From the NCBI RefSeq assembly GCF_036321535.1, contig NC_087436.1, forward strand, positions 62,808,001 to 62,872,000: a DNA stretch of 64,000 nt. The letters run 5' to 3'. This DNA is from Camelus dromedarius (lineage: Eukaryota). Under the pieces are notes generated by a model. It did not search any database and had not been told where the DNA came from. It saw nothing but the letters and a program-made list of their open reading frames with translations. Made by a program: the position numbers and the translations under genes. Positions 36,150 through 50,099 of the stretch are shown here, piece by piece (position 1 is the first letter of the stretch; every line of letters starts with the position of its first letter).

Positions 36150-36780
36150 TGTTATGATTTGTCCTAGGATTAGGAAGAGACTATATGTAGAGAAGAGAAG
36201 GGGGGTCTCATGAGAAAATCAGGCATTATGTCAACATTTAATATTGAGAATCATGTTTGGATAGACTTTACCTCACCCAAACAAAAGAAGAAAAGAAGAG
36301 AACACAAGCAAATAAAATGCGGTAAACATAGGCGCTGTGCAAAAATAAATGAAGAAAAATTGGGAAAAAAAGATTTAGTACAGATTTAAAGTTATAAAAA
36401 AAACACACAAAAAACAGGAACTCTGTTAAAATAGGAAAAGAGAAGATAGTAGGATGTGATGAAAATTGAGCCTGCCAAAGTGAAGGAATAAATTAAGGAG
36501 AAATAACACAATTAGGTACTATAAAGTGGAAATGAAGCAGAAAAGGAAGAATCAATAGTGTAGAAAGACAAATCAGTTCCATGGAGGACAGCCTTAAGAA
36601 AATCATATATAATGTGAAAGAAAAAGGGCAAAGAAAGTCAGTTTATATAAAGAACACAGTAAGTAGAGGACAAAGGAGATCTGAAACAGTGATACTTTAC
36701 CTGAAAAGAACAAAGGCAAAGAAAGAGGATAAAAAGGTAGCCTACATTCATTAAGCTTAGCCTCAAGAAACATCACATGT
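36150..36780 (+). mobile_element. Very old L1 5'/ORF1 region
   Basis: Highly A/G-rich decayed sequence, e.g. ggagatctgaaacagtgatactttacctgaaaagaac. Confidence 0.4.
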
Positions 36781-36784
36781 TTCA

Positions 36785-37082
36785 TCTTGCTTCTCTTGAG
36801 ATTCTTCTACCCCCATGAGAAGATCTGTGCCCCAGCAACCAGGCTTCTCTCCGGCATCTTCCAACTCTTAGCTCACTCAATGGTTTGGAGAAGACAACAA
36901 ACGTGGAGCAAACATGGGCTCAAGCTGCATCTTGGAGCCGATTCCCGCTGATCCCAGCCTACATCAACCAGCTCCCGGCTAATCTACTAGCATATGGTCA
37001 CATACCAATAATTGTTTTAAATCAATGACTTTTTGGCTGATCTCTTATATAACATTTTCGTGGCAATAGGTGATGTATGCAT
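36785..37082 (+). mobile_element. MaLR LTR 3' part (MLT1H/I-like)
   Basis: ccatgagaaga...cgtggagcaaac...gatcccagcctacatcaacca...aattgttttaaatca...gtggcaataggtgatgtatgca. Confidence 0.7.
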
Positions 37083-37329
37083 TGAGCACAAGAAAATATT
37101 CCATTGATCCAATTAAATTCAACTTTAAATAAATAGATATATTGGAAAAAATGCATGAGGCACATGCACTCAGCATGTGTGAAAAAATTTGGGGGCAATG
37201 AATAAACATGAAAAGAAGCCATTTACCTTAAAAAAATTATTAAGCAAACTGATCTCAGGCTTCTAAGTGATACTGAGTGACTACAAATCTATTTATAAGA
37301 TAACAGCTAGAGAAATTTGTAAAATCTCA

Positions 37330-37830
37330 AATTAGATCATTTAAACCCTCTTTTTCAGATCACACTTAGATTAAAATCCAAAATACCTTCACCTAAATGA
37401 CCTGGCCCAAAGCTACATCTCCAATCTCTCATGTAACCTCCTCCATCACTTAATTTTCTCCACTCACATTGGCTTCCATGTTATTTCTAGCAAAGGTAAG
37501 GATTTTTAAAGTCTCAGAGTTCTTGCATTTACTGTTTCCTCTGCTTAGACACTCTCCTTCCTGATGTTGGACTGCATGCTCCCAGATGCTTGTCCTAACC
37601 ATGCTTCCGAAAAACTGCCTTCATATTCCCTACATAGTATACTGAATATCTATATATATCATAGTATATTTTATATATTTATTTGTTTGATAGTTTATTG
37701 CATTCCCAATGCAATGGGAGCTCCATCAGGGTTGAAATTTTGACTGTGCAGTGCTGTATAATCAGCATCTGAATAAGTATTTGAAACAGTCAGTAGATTA
37801 TTAATAAATAATTTAATATATTAATAAACA
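37330..37830 (+). mobile_element. L2 3' end
   Basis: cacattggcttccatgttatttctag...ttgcatttactgtttcctctgc...gggagctccatcaggg. Confidence 0.7.
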
Positions 37831-37899
37831 AATGCTAAAAGTCAAACAAAAATCCAAATAGTTTTAATGAAATTAAAGTCTCCAGTCTCCCTGTGGAAG

Positions 37900-39230
37900 C
37901 ATGTAATCTATGTAATAGCCAAATGAAGTCTACTTCGTATCACCCTCTAGACTACTGAACAATAAACAGAAATAAAAACTATAAAAATCAGAACATAACA
38001 GTATGAAAGTACTGGTGGTAGTGTTAGGTCTAGTTATACACATACAATTGTGTAAACTGTGATAATTAAGGATATGAAATTACGTTAGAGCTTATGAAAA
38101 ATCCACTATGTAATGCAAAATTTATGACAATTTCTCTACAAAAAGTCTGATGCAAAAATCTCAAGCATGAAAAATGTAATTTGGGAAGGGTGGTAGGAGA
38201 AGGCATAAGTAATTTATTAGTTTAGTTTTTATAAGGAGGGTCACTACCCATTGCTTGGTTTCTGAGGTTGATAAATCATGAAATATAGATTAAGATTTAA
38301 TACAAACATGCAAAGAAAATGCTGCTAATAGAATGAAAAAGCATTAATTTCCAGATTATCAGAAGAAAACAGAAGTGAAACAATAATACAGATCATAAAG
38401 CATATGCTAGAAAACAAAGACAATTGCTAGAAAACATTCAAAAAATAGAAAATCAAGTAAGATAACAAAGTAAAACTGAAATCATATGCCAAGTCAAAAC
38501 ATATAAATGTAATAACTTCACACTAGGAGTTATAAAATTAAATCCAACTATATAGGGTTGTAAAATTCAACTGTATATTGTTTACAAAGAGACATGCTTA
38601 AAACCAAGTGATTTACAAGGCTTGAATGTAAAAGAATGGGAGCGATGTAGGAAAAAAAAGCAAATAAAAAGAAAGCAGTGGCCACAATGTTAATGCTAGA
38701 AAGCAAATTAAATTCTGAATAAAAAATAAATAGTAGCAAAAAATGCTAAAAATACAAGAAAGGGCAAAAAAGTATTTATCTCCTCTGATAGTTCAAGCAG
38801 ACAAAAAAGTTAAGAAGCTCTAAATAGACAATCTCAATATAAATTAAGAACACTGCAAAGGCACAGAAAACCTCTAAAAATCCAAGAACATTAGAAATAG
38901 TAAAAACTTCATCACCAGCAATTAAACAAAAATAATGGGAAAATGTACAAAGCTATAAGAAGAGGGACTCAGAGTACATAGAGTAAAGCAAAAATCACAT
39001 TCAAGGCATATTTACAAAGTAACTATAATGACTCCAGCACATTTTTAAAATCTGTGAAATATGGCCAAAGTTAGACTCAGAGGAAATTTTATAGGCTTGA
39101 ACATTTTATTATTGACTAGGAAGAGCAAAAATAATTTAAGCATTGAACTCAAGAATTTAAAAAGGAAAGCATAACAGTAATTTAAAGAATGTCCAAATAA
39201 TGATATCAAAATATACAAATATGTAGAAAA
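37900..39230 (+). mobile_element. Old L1ME ORF2 N-terminal region
   Basis: ttcaactgtatattgtttacaaagagacatg; ctcagaggaaattttataggcttgaac; ttaagcattgaactcaagaa. Confidence 0.65.
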
Positions 39231-39859
39231 ATATGCTTAGTTCAATTGAGTGGATGAATACATTAATACATAAAACTTGTTCCCAGCTCTATTCTAGGTA
39301 GCTGTAATCTGTTAGTATAGAAGTGGTTAACAGTCAAGGTCCATCCAATTCTCAAGGAACAGCTCATCCCAATCTTATTCTTAAATAAGAGAGCATGAGG
39401 TATAAGAAAAACTTTCCAACTACTTTACGAGGCATCTAAACTAAAATCATTTTTAAAATCCCTTAAAATTATGAACATATTTTAAAATATCACAATTAAA
39501 TATTAGTATTTTGATTAAACTTGACTACTGTACCCTTTTAATTAACAAATTTTCTGGGAGAAGTTAAGATTAAGTATCAGCCCTCTTGAATTTTAAAATA
39601 ATAAAATGTTTTATCTAAGTTCAAAATATTTTTCTTTCCCTTCTTAAAAGTTCGAAGACCAAAAATTTAAGTTAAATTTAAAACTAAACTTATTCTCCCC
39701 AATCAGTTTTTTCTGTTGAGTTCCACACAAGTTCCTTCTCAAAGCTTATTTTCTTTCTGCAACTCTAGCCTGTGCTGTTTTGCCTGGTAATTGGTAAAGT
39801 TTCCACACAGTCTGTGAATTGAATTGGCTCAACATTAAGTCTGTAATGTGTCTATATTT

Positions 39860-40235
39860 TTAAGTTGCCAAGATTAAGTGTATAAATTAGTGCATTTTTA
39901 AATGCACACAGTCAAGTAACCACAACTGCTATCATGATACATGACATTTTTGTCACTCCAGAAACCTCCTTTGTGGCACTTTCAGTCAACCTCTGGATCC
40001 TGGCAACCACTCAACTGCTTTCAATTATTATAACTTCAACTTTCAGAAATTTGTATGAATGGAATGATAAGGTAGATAGTAGACTTTTTTTCTGTGTTCT
40101 TTCCCTTTTAAGATGCATCTGTGTTGTTTCTTGTTTTTAGCAACACATAATCCCAGACTATAAACAACCCAAATGTCCACCACCTGGTCAATAGATAAAC
40201 AAATTATTATACATTTACACAATGGAATCACTTAT
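39860..40235. mobile_element. Old L1 fragments in opposite orientations (39860-40130 minus; 40135-40235 plus)
   Basis: tcactccagaaacctcctttgtg...ctggcaaccact; then actataaacaacccaaatgtccacc...acacaatggaat. Confidence 0.65.
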
Positions 40236-42559
40236 ATTTTAAAGAGGCTAAGAGATTAGCCATATAACCACCAAATGTGGGAAACAACTTCATCTTGATT
40301 CTACATACCCCAGGACCTAGTTTTTAGGATCACTAAAGTCCAAGACTGAGTTTTAGTCATATACAAGTGAAGAAGCAAATGTAGAAATGTACTCTCTGGT
40401 TTTATCCCAAAATCAGGAATACTACGCAGCCTGGACACCAAGAAGTCTGCGCTAGTTGTCTGGAATCCATGATGAATTCATTAACATTCAATTAGGAGAA
40501 GTCCCAACAAGAACTTAATTTTGGCATGACACATTTACCACATCTAGAAGCCAGCCGGTATATGAAATCTGTCTCCTAGGCAAGGTCCCCACATTTGTTT
40601 CAGCTGGAGAATCATATTCAGCAGATTTCTGAACTGAAACTGCTGTGTTACTGGAGTCTATGCCACAATGGGCAGAAATTGGGGTTGAGGCATACTGATA
40701 TGAATCAAACTTCAGTTACATGCTCCTCAAAGTATTTTCCCTCTAGTTTCAATTTGATAAATTACTTGGTCATAATCCCTCTGGACACAGTATATGCATA
40801 TCCAATTATTATAATTCTGTCACCTTAAACTACACTATAATATTTTTGCACAGTAGTTTTCAGTCTTGAGCTTGTGGACAAGTCTCTATATCCCTCAACA
40901 GAATCCTCTACAGCCCTGAATGCAGAATGGAATTTGATTCAGTGTATTTAGTCATGTCTACATAAGCCTAACTCTAACAATTTAAAGCTGGAAATTCCCC
41001 TGTGCTCTATAGAACAAGCAAACTCAGATACCTTGCATTTTAACTGCAGTTGAAATTGTTCTGCACATAAACGCTTAAAAAGACTAGAAATACCCATTTT
41101 CTTACAATCAAATCTTCACATCAGCCAAATATTCCTAGGAAATCCTGCACCTGTGTTGCAAATGAGCGACAGCCTGCAAATTGACACTGTCTGCGTCTGC
41201 ATGAGTGGCCTTGGAATTGTGACTATTCTCTTGGCCATCTATAAGGCCAGTGTTGGAGAGGCTACCTATGACCTCAGCTGTTTTTATAATTAAATTCTCC
41301 CTTCATTTGTGCCCACTTACTTTGGTTCCAGTAACCTGTGGCATATCTGACTTGCTGTGTCAGCCCCCATCGTAGCCACTCACCCTTTTTACTTCCTGAA
41401 GATTCCTGAAGAAATCAACACCTTCCCCAAGATTCAAGTACCTTTTGCCATCTCTTTGCTTTTATAAACATAGCCATTCAATTGTGAACAAAAATCTCCA
41501 TACAGTAGTCACCACCAAATTCAAAATACTACATGACCCCGGGCTTAAAACTTGTAGTCCGGATGCCACTAGAAACCATTAAAGTAAAAACTCTACTCAA
41601 ATCCTAAATTATAAGGCCCAAAATCATGTAGTTAAGCTCTACAAAAAGCCTCTTCTCTTGTATATTTAGTGTTTTCCTACTCCACAATGTCTCCAGTCAT
41701 GCAAGATACTGGTACCTCCAACAGGGCACTCAATAGACAGTTGTACCTTCCTCAGTGAGGTCCTAAAATAATTAAAGATTTGAAAAGAATGACTTATTAG
41801 GTGGAGAACAAAATCTGACCATTATTTCTGATAGCAATTGGATTAGCGAATGTAGTTAGCATGAAACCCAAATGGCCCTCATTACTGCACTGAACGATTA
41901 AGGAATTAGACCTACTAAACTACTGACAATATCAGGCCAAGAAATTGGTCTCCATGTAGGTAGTCTGAGCTAGTGACATTTGTAGTATGGAGAAGTAGAA
42001 GACAATCCATGACTTGCACTGGCACGAAGATCATAAAAGAGAACAGCCTGATCGACGCACACCCAGTTTATTCTTCCCGTAGGAGTATTGGTTAATGGGA
42101 AAAGAAATGGTAGGAATCATAGCTCTTTGAGCTCTAGGTGTGTGGAATAACTGATCATGATTAAAGATAATTCCTTTCAACAGGTTTAAACAAATTTATC
42201 TTACAATAACTCCTTCTCTTGGAAATACAGATTTGTTGTATCTTAGTTGTATTAGCAAAAGTTCTGGGAAAATAGAAACATCAAAATTCTATGTATTTTT
42301 GTTTTAAGATGATCAAAATTAGGCTATTAGGTATTTTATAATTATAACCATATTTAAAAATTTTTTAAATAATAAGGAGTCTGTCCTTTTTGAATTTAGG
42401 GAAAAATCTAACTCTGTAAATGAGAAATGGCTAGAACTATGAAGTTAGAGAGACCGACTCCTCCAAGGAGAGGGAAGAGAGGCCAGGGACTGGCTCATGT
42501 GTGGCAGAACACAGGAGGAAGACATGACTGATATTAAGTGAAGAAGAATAGAGCTAATG

Positions 42560-43200
42560 TTTTAAAGAATTGTGAAAAGAATGAGTATGGTCTAGAGTGA
42601 TGGTATAGAACCCCCCTGGGGCCCCAGAAAATAGGAGAACTCACACTCAGTTGCAGGCTCCTTTTCACAGATCTTCATTAGATGGTTACAAGAAAAACTG
42701 CGGTAGTGGTTGAGTCCAAAGAGAACCTCTGTCCCTCGGTGCCTGTAAGAAGGGATTTACTGCTGCTGTTGGAAATGTTCTAAACTCTACCCTCTTCTTG
42801 GGCTTATCTCTCATACTGAGAAAAAGCCTTAGTCAGGGAAGAGAGGAACAAACTCGGCTGTTGACAAAATGCAAGTAAAGTCTTGATTGAGAGTGGAAGA
42901 AGGATGAAAGAAAATTTAGAGGAGTGACAAGAAACATTCCAGAGCTCAGGATCCTATATCAAAATGACTAGAGATCTCCTACTTCTAGGGGAACAAACTC
43001 TCTTCCACATGAGACCCACCAGAGATACAAAATTTGACTCTCATGGGGAAGAGGGGAGGAAACACTGAGAAAACCTTACTCATGAGACAAGGCTACTCCC
43101 ACCAAAACCATTCTGGTAAGAACTAAGTAACAAAAAGCAACAGTTCGACACTGAAGGAGGGGAAAGATAATGGAGAAATTACCCTCTGTTGCACAAAAGT
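42560..43200 (+). mobile_element. Probable old L1 5'UTR region
   Basis: gagacccaccagagatacaa...ggaggaaacactgagaaaacc...agaactaagtaacaaaaagcaacag. Confidence 0.5.
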
Positions 43201-43224
43201 GTTGAAACGGCTGAACATCACTAG

Positions 43225-43702
43225 TTATACATATTGACAATATATATCTCTGATATGAATTACTGAGAAGGGCACATCACTTTTGCATATTCTTGTCAAA
43301 AAGGCATTACCTCAAATTTGTCATGAGAAACAACACACAAATCAAATTTAGGAAACTTCTACAAAATAACCAACCAAGAATTTTCATATGTGCCATGGTC
43401 ATGAAAAACCAAGAAAGACTGAGATACTGCCATTGATGGGAGAAGACCAAAGAGACATGACAACTAAATGCCTGGTGAGATTATGGATTAGATTCTGGAA
43501 TAGAAAAAGAAACATTGAAATACAGTTAACATTTTAGGTAATAATATTTTCCAGCGTCAATGTCTTAATTTTGATAATCATGCTATAGCTATGTAAAATG
43601 TTAACCTTAGAGGAAGATGAGTGAAGAGTATACAGGAACTCTCCGTAAAACTCTTCTGTAAATCTAACTTTCAAAATTAAAAAAAAAAAAAAAAAGAAAG
43701 AA
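43225..43702 (+). mobile_element. L1MC4/5-like 3'UTR with A tail
   Basis: gaagggcacatcac...aacttctacaaaataacc...agagacatgacaactaaatgc...gtatacaggaactctcc; poly-A 43679-43695. Confidence 0.8.
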
Positions 43703-46700
43703 ACCAATCACCAAAATTAGGAATGAAATGTGGGGCATCACTAAGGATTCTACAGATAATAAAAGAAAACTAGGGGGAACGTAAAAACAAATTTATGCCA
43801 ATATGTTTGACAATGTGTATGAAGTATAAACTGCTTGAAATAGATATCAACATAAACTCAAGAAAAAAAATAATCAAAACTGTCTTATTGTTAAAGAATT
43901 AAATTTATATTTAAAAACCTTTCCACAAAGAAATCTCTAGGCCTAGATAATTTTGCTGATTAATTCTACTTACTATTTAAAAGAAAAATCATTCCAATTT
44001 TACATAATCTCTTCTGGAAGGTGGAGGAGGTAGGAATACATCCCTGAACTGATTTTTTTTGAGATAAGAATTCTCCTGATTTTAAACCAAACAAATGAAT
44101 TACAATAAAACTGTAGAATAACCTTCATGAATATAAATGCAAAAATCTTCCATAAAATATTAGTAAATAAAATTCAGATAAATATCAATCTTGACCTATA
44201 TCTTGCACCAGGCTATACTGAAGATACGCAGGGCACGGGGAAAAAAAGCCAGATAATATATGATGATAAGGTGGAGTTTATTCTGGAAATTTAAGATTGT
44301 TCAATATATGAAAAACAATGTAGCTCTGAACCCAAAGACTGAAGAGGAAAAAAATATGATTATCTCAACAGATGCAGAAAAAGCATTTGACAAAATGCAA
44401 CATCAATTTATCAATTAAAAAATCTGTAAGGGGAGTAGGCATTAATGTAAACTTTTTGGACCAGGTAAGGAGCATCCTTGAAGAAATTGGAAGTAACATG
44501 ACCCTTATGGTGAAATACTGGATATGTTCCCCTTAATATTAGGAGAAGAGTAAAGATACCGGTGTTTAGTAAGTAATGTACTGAAAGTTCCAGTCAGTGC
44601 AATAAGGTAAGAAAAATTTAATAAAATAAATATAGAATAAAAAGAGAAAAAATATTTTTATTTACAACTGACATGATTTTCTATGTAAAACATTTTAAAG
44701 AAGCTATAAAAAATACTTTCAGATAATAAGTTAGATTATCAAGGATATTAGATCTAAGATTAATTTGCAGAATTATTATTAATATTAGCAAAGAACAATA
44801 AAAAATTTTAAAAATTTTAAAAATACAATAAAATTTCAAAAAATATGAAATAATAATCATACTTTTTTACTGAAATTATAAGCATTTATATTAAATTTAA
44901 AACGGCCTAAATAAGTGCAGCAGAATTCTTTACTCATAGATCACCTTGGTCAACATTGTAAAGATGTCAGTTCTCCCCAATCAAGCTACAAATTGAATGC
45001 AATTAATTTAATTTAATAAAAAAATCAATTGCAATAAAAATACCACCAGACTTAAAAGTTTTAATTGATAATTTAAAAATAGAAATTTTCAATCTGAAGC
45101 TTAAGTTTTTGCAGAAAAACAAAGGAACCAAAAGAGCAAAAACAATTTTTTTAAAAAAAGAAGAGATGGAATATACAACAAAGTTGTAATAATGAAGACA
45201 GTATAGTATTGATGAAAGGATAAATTCATAAATAAGTCAAACAGAATAGAGACAAGAATTAGACCTACTGGTATACGTTCAATTGATTTTCAACAAAGGT
45301 AATTCAATGGAAATTGATAGACTTTTCAACCAATAGTGCCAGAACAACTAGCCAGGCACAGGTTAAAAAACATCAGTCTTGACCTTAATCTTGTACAGAG
45401 CTGCAATGAGTATACACAGGGCACTGAAGAAAAGAAAACACACTTTTTTTTTTTTTTTTTTTTGGTCAGGACCTCTACCTACATGCAATTTGAAACAGCC
45501 CACATTAAAATGTCAGCAACACCCTGGCTGATCATTCATAGACAGTCCTGTGAAAGAAATATTGTGCCAATCAGAGAATGTGATTCACTCAATAAGCTGC
45601 GCTCTTGAAGTCAAGCTCATTTATTGGGCTCAGCATTATGCATAACTCAAAAATCTCAGAGCTCCTCTGGGCATCTGGTTGACCCAATCAAGGTGTTAAA
45701 GTGTTGGAAGGGAGAAATACTGATTCAGACTCCTGTGGGTTGTTTCAGGCACCTAAGGGGTACTTTGACCATTTTGAAGAAAGCCCTAAAAAGTAGAAGG
45801 GGATGGTACTGTGTGGGACAGCCCCCAGGTGGAGCAAGAGCCCCACCTGCCTAGGTCTAAGAACAGTACTTTCTTGAACCATATAACTCAACTCAGAATG
45901 TAAAATGTAAAATTACAACATTTCTGAATAATAATGGAGAAAATGCAATGTTGCATTAGTCAAAGATTTTTTAAGATCATATACATAAAGCAGGAAACAA
46001 AAATAGAAAGAAATATAAATTCGACTTAGTCAAAATTTAAAAGTTCTGCTATTTGAAAGGGTTAAGAGAATGAAAAGAACAGGCACAGAGTAGGAGGAAA
46101 TATTTACAAAGCACATATATACATAGCACACATAAATGACAGGTATTCTGCACATAAAGAATTATCAAAACTCAATTATAGGGAACAACCTAACATAAAA
46201 ATGGATGAAACTCTGAATAGACATAGCTCCAAAGAAGATATGTTGATGGTAAATAAGCACATGAAAAGATTCTAAGCATCATTCATCAGGGAAATGGAAA
46301 TTAAAACCACAATGAGCTATTGTAATACACTTGTTAAAGTAGTTTTACAAAGCTAAAAAAAAAAGCTGAAAATTTTTAGTGTAGGTGATCGAAAGGACCA
46401 ACTGGAACACTCATGTGTTGCTGCTGAGAGTTCAAAATGGTAAAACTACTTTGCAAAAGAGGTTGGCAATTCCTTATATAGTAAAACACATTCATACCTT
46501 ACAACTCAGCAACCTTACTACCAGGTAATTACCCAAGAGAAATGAAATCATCTGTCCAAACAAAAACTTGTATGTAAATGTTTTATAAAAGTTTTATTTA
46601 TAGTCACCAAAAACATGAAACAATTAAATTGTTCAGTAAACTGTAAATGGGAAGAAAAGGAGCATATCCATACAATGGAATACTACTGAGCAATAAAAAG

Positions 46701-47050
46701 GAATGAACTACTGATACATCAAATGATGAGGATAAATCTATTTAAGATTCATGCATTGTGCTATAGGAACAAAACCAGGCTCAGAATATTGCATAATCTA
46801 TGATTGCATTTTGATCATGTTCTAGAAAGCACACATATAAATGGGACAGTAGTAAACAATGCTTCCCAGGGTTGGAATGGAGGCAAAGGATTAACCTCAA
46901 AGAGTTATGAGGCAATTTTTTAGAGTGATGAAAACATTCTATATTTTGATTGTGATGTTGATTACATGATTATGCATTTGTCAAAATTCACAGAACTGTA
47001 CACCAAAAACAGGAACATTTTTCTCAATTATATCTCAACCTAACTTTAAT
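43703..47050 (+). mobile_element. Old L1 (L1MB-MD-like) ORF2 and 3'UTR, interrupted at 45396-45871
   Basis: gatgcagaaaaagcatttgacaaaatgcaacatc (DAEKAFDK); aaataagcacatgaaaagat; catacaatggaatactac; ttgtcaaaattcacagaactgtacacc. Confidence 0.9.
45396..45871 (-). mobile_element. hAT-like (Tip100-type, MER96/MER99-like) non-autonomous DNA transposon
   Basis: Interrupts the L1 with ~8-bp direct repeat tcttgtac / tcttgaac; right end reverse complement agtactgttcttagacctaggcaggtggggg resembles the recalled CAGTACCGCCCTTAGACCCGGGCA terminus. Confidence 0.6.
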
Positions 47051-47319
47051 AAAAGAGGCAATAAAAGATTACATTAACTTTATACGTGAAAATCTTCCTT
47101 TACCTGACACCATCTTCCAGAATTATCCATCATTAACATTATTTTAGTAGATTTAGTTTTTGTAGTATTAAATGTTGCATTCAGATAAGTATATTGCTGA
47201 CCTCTTATCATTGGTTGCACAAATATATATATATAATTATATTAAGACGATCTCTATATATCATTAGAATTATATATATATATATACCCAGACATAACTT
47301 TTCTAATTTCTTACTTATT

Positions 47320-47520
47320 TTAAAATGTTTATTTTCAATTTCCAGACTCATTAGAAATTAAAAAAAAATTCAAAGTGTTCACTTATAACTTCCACCCAGA
47401 TTTCTTCAATGATAACATCTTATATAACCACAATACATTAAAAAAACTAGGAAACTGACATTAGTACAATGTTAAACTATAGATATTATCTAGGTTTAGC
47501 AGTTTGTACATGCACTCATT
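47320..47520 (-). mobile_element. L1MC4/5-like 3' fragment
   Basis: ttccacccagatttcttcaatgataacatcttatataaccacaatac...ggaaactgacattagtacaat. Confidence 0.65.
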
Positions 47521-47554
47521 GTTATTGTTGTTATTTGTTTAAGTGCAGAGATTG

Positions 47555-48900
47555 GTTTACAAGCCCTGTTGACAACTTCTTCCAAGTACTAAAAAAATGA
47601 CAGCCATAGAGGTCAACCCATTCCTTCCCACCTAGGGAGTTGGTAAAGAATTATCAAGGGGAGGGAAGGATTCTGAACATACCTCTAAGTGACCCATGCA
47701 TAAAACTAACCAAAGTGAACACAATAAGTGCTTTAATTGATGGTATGGAAAACAGCTCAGGTTTCAAACTGGCTTCTGGTTAGCACATAGTGGAACAAGA
47801 CTTAGAAAACTAAATTTACAGGTGCACATAGTCCACAAAACCTAAATAAGTGGCATTTTGAACCTAAACAGGTTGACTGCCTGTTAAACCAGAAGAGTTA
47901 AACATGAACCAGAATCTCATAACAACAGTTAAACTGCCAGGATATAATCCAAAATTAATCATAATAACTAGAAGCAAGAAAATCTCAATTTAAATGAGAA
48001 CAGATAATCTACAGATGCCAACACCAGTATGGCACAGTTGTCGGAATTATTAGACAAGTATTTTAAACCCACATTCTTTAAAATGCTTCAATAAGCAGTT
48101 GTTAACACTCACATTTAAATGTTAGAAAAAATCTCAGCCAAAGAATAGACAATACATATGTTTTCAAATTAAATCTTTAGAAGGACACTTTATAATTGAA
48201 AGATACAAAACAAAAACAAAAACGTCACTGAAGGAGCTCAGTAGCATAATGGAGACAACAAAAGAAAAAAAAATCAATAAACTTGAAGTTCAATAGAAAT
48301 TATCCAATCTAAACTGTAAAGATAAATTGAAAAAAAAAATGAGTTTAACTTCCACCCAGATTTCTTCTTTTGTGGTTCTTCGTGGAACCACAAAAACAAA
48401 AGACCTAACACTTGTGTCATTGGTGTTCCAGAAAGAGAAAAAGGAAAAGCAATCAGATGAAAAAAAATTGAAGAATGATTGAAAACTTCCCAGATTTGTT
48501 CAAAACCTAAGTTTACAGATACAAGAAACTTAGTGAATTCTAAGCAAGATAAACCCAAAGAAATCAATAACCAGACACATGAGAGTGAAATTTCCTAAAA
48601 TCAAAGATAAAGAAAAATCTTGAAAGCAGCCAGAGAGAAAAGATACATTATCTACAGGGTAGTAACAACTTGAACAACAGGGTATTTCTCATCAGAAAAC
48701 AGGAGGCTGGAAGGAAGTAACAACATTTTTCAAATGCTGAAAGAGAAAGATGGACAACCCAACACGTGATTCTATATTTAGTGAAGATATCCTTTAGGAA
48801 TGAAGAAGAAATAAAGACATCCTCAAATTAAGAAATACTAAAATTTTATTGCCAGCAGAATTGCTTAAAATACTTTCTAATGGAAGTTCTTCAGTCGTAA
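47555..48900 (+). mobile_element. Old L1 5'UTR and ORF1 remnant
   Basis: aaaatcttgaaagcagccagagagaaaag (KILKAAREK); ggtgttccagaaagagaa; gaaaacttcccagatttg (ENFPDL). Confidence 0.88.
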
Positions 48901-49539
48901 AGGAAGCAGCATAAAATGTGGGATATAAACATGTTTATACATGTTTTTTAATGACATAAAAACTTGATTTATTGATTTATTTTAATTATACACTATCAAC
49001 TATTTCTTGTTGAGCTATGATACTCTTAGTTTTTAATTGATTGATCCTCCAGACACTCAATCCATAAAATAAACCTGTATTAAATTTCTAGACATCTATA
49101 AATGCTAGTGTCTATAAGTCACAGGATTAATTTCTACTTATCCTTCATGTCTCAAAAATTTTTTTCTTTGGGTTTATTTCCTAAAGTCTCTCAGATAGTT
49201 TATATGTTTCTACATATGCTACTGTTGCATGGCATTTCTCCTCTCATGATATCTATCACACTTTAAGTTACTGGTTTATTGTAAGCTATCTTAGAGGGAC
49301 TGTGGCTCTGTTTTTCAAAAATTATATTGCACCATCTAGCAGACCATCTGACCCATAATAAGCACTGAAAATAACTGAATAATAATATAGTGGGTACTTT
49401 CTGACTGTATCTTTATTTAAAATAAGTAAGTAAACTTAAGAAAAATTACTAGTTTTTTCTTATAACATTTTTTCTTATCCTATTAAATATGATTTAAAAT
49501 TTTATTTTCTGAAATTCTCAGATTACCAATTATAAATGA

Positions 49540-49720
49540 AAAAAGGGTATCTATTTAGCATTTAGTGTGTTATATAGACTATCTCATTAAATTCTCACAG
49601 CAATTTATTAAATTGGCACCATTATTTCCTCTATTTTTATAAAGAAGAAAACTGAGCCACAGAGATGTTAATCCACTCTTCTAAGTCCTAACTGGTAAGT
49701 GACTGGGCAGGATGTGGATA
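49540..49720 (-). mobile_element. MIR SINE
   Basis: ctcattaaattctcacagcaa...aagaaaactgagccacagagatgttaa. Confidence 0.75.
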
Positions 49721-50099
49721 AATGAAATTTTAATAGGTAGTTCAACAATTTGTTATTTTATAATTCCTAATTTTTGTTACATTTAAAGAAAAGATTGCTT
49801 CCAAAAAAGATCATTCCTCAATTGACATTTCTGCAACTGGTTATTTTCCATGCTGCCCATTTCTTCTAGGTAATATGATATATTGTGGTAGATAAGTCTA
49901 GAATAGTGGTCATGCATAGGTGAGGTTTCATCACATTCTTAAGCTTAACAAAACTACGCAATCAGATGATGACATTCAAATGTACTTTTGGAAGTGTCAA
50001 GATTAGACTACAAGTGTGACCTTAAATAATCTTTATGCTCAGCACATATTCAAACCATTATAAAAAGGATCACTTTGAAAAAAATCAACATGTATAAAA

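Noticed and set aside
42560..47050. A single full-length L1
   Set aside because: Order is 5'UTR-like, then a 3'UTR with poly-A, then mid-ORF2; ORF1 and the endonuclease are missing, so this is a mosaic of old fragments.
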